This document shows positions 63,438 through 64,000 of a stretch of 64,000 nt of DNA, piece after piece. A model generated the notes under the pieces. The model had not been told where the DNA came from and searched no databases. It saw only the letters and a list, made by a program, of their open reading frames with translations. This DNA is from Haliotis rubra. Its lineage: Eukaryota. Made by a program: the position numbers and the translations under genes. The stretch is from assembly GCF_003918875.1 (NCBI RefSeq), contig NW_025765514.1, positions 682,001 through 746,000 on the forward strand, read 5' to 3'. Every line of letters begins with the position of its first letter. Positions within the stretch are counted from its first letter, which is position 1.

Positions 63438-64000
63438 CTGAAATAGACAACACACAGTCCAGAACACACAACACAGGACAGTAGACATAATAGAGTGTAT
63501 GAATATTGTGCCATTCCATCCATTGAAGAATGCTTAACTCAACAGATCTATTATCCTGGCCGGAGGATCAGCATGCACATGAATCTCATTCTGAACTCCC
63601 TGGGGAGTATACAGCCGAAGATGCCCACAGGGGATAGAATGTTTACAGTAATATCATCGTTCATCCTACTAGCTAGCTGATTACACTATGAAGCCTTGAC
63701 ACTCTATGGAGTCAAGTGAGGTGATCAAAGTTTGTGCTGTAAAATCATCTGAGACAAAGGTTGCCTAAATGTGATCATTATTCTGTACACAGGAAACATC
63801 CCTTTATGTGTGTGCCATGAGAATCACTGCACTGATTCCGAAACAACTAAATATATGAAGATTTTAATGCCCATAGACTTCACTTACTCCAATGTTTATG
63901 TTTCAAACCCAGATGAACACTTACCAAACTTGGTACCACCTTCATCTCAGATGCCCACAAGGGATACGAGATTTACAGTCATATTATCTTTCATCCCACT

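Noticed and set aside
63917-64000. Strong minus-strand donor (TTG|GTAAGT at about 63924) as the next BAHD1 exon
   Set aside because: The required frame has stops within about 50 nt, no acceptor or BAHD1-like residues, and it lies in a locally duplicated segment (63619-63670 vs 63949-64000).

Overview
This is eukaryotic, repeat-rich genomic DNA. The SINE families and 5S-like sequence point to a mollusc, probably a gastropod such as abalone (inference, not checked). There are no prokaryotic operons or CRISPR arrays. Three protein-coding genes are supported, all on the minus strand: a single-coding-exon PP1-targeting ankyrin protein with an RVxF motif (35279-35839), a single-coding-exon orphan class A GPCR (43777-44871), and the last three coding exons of a BAHD1 orthologue (63437-63275, 62568-62400, 59678-59492). 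The rest holds more than 30 SINE copies from four families, a dead DD34E Tc1 element, several hAT/hAT5-like and PIF/Harbinger-like MITEs, and at least eight minisatellite arrays. The main structures the ORF track does not explain are: (1) an old inverted duplication with about 5.5-6 kb arms (13.1-19.0 kb vs 21.8-27.2 kb), no recognisable CDS and two islands of about 92-93% identity; (2) a SINE family with no Pol III head whose uniform 5' end can fold into a compact multi-stem RNA with a kissing-loop pseudoknot; (3) a 144-bp MITE present both as a monomer and as a 3.25-kb copy with its 76-bp interior amplified about 42 times; (4) two sites where different SINEs reused the same target, leaving three copies of the target sequence. 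All identities and copy numbers were estimated by eye.
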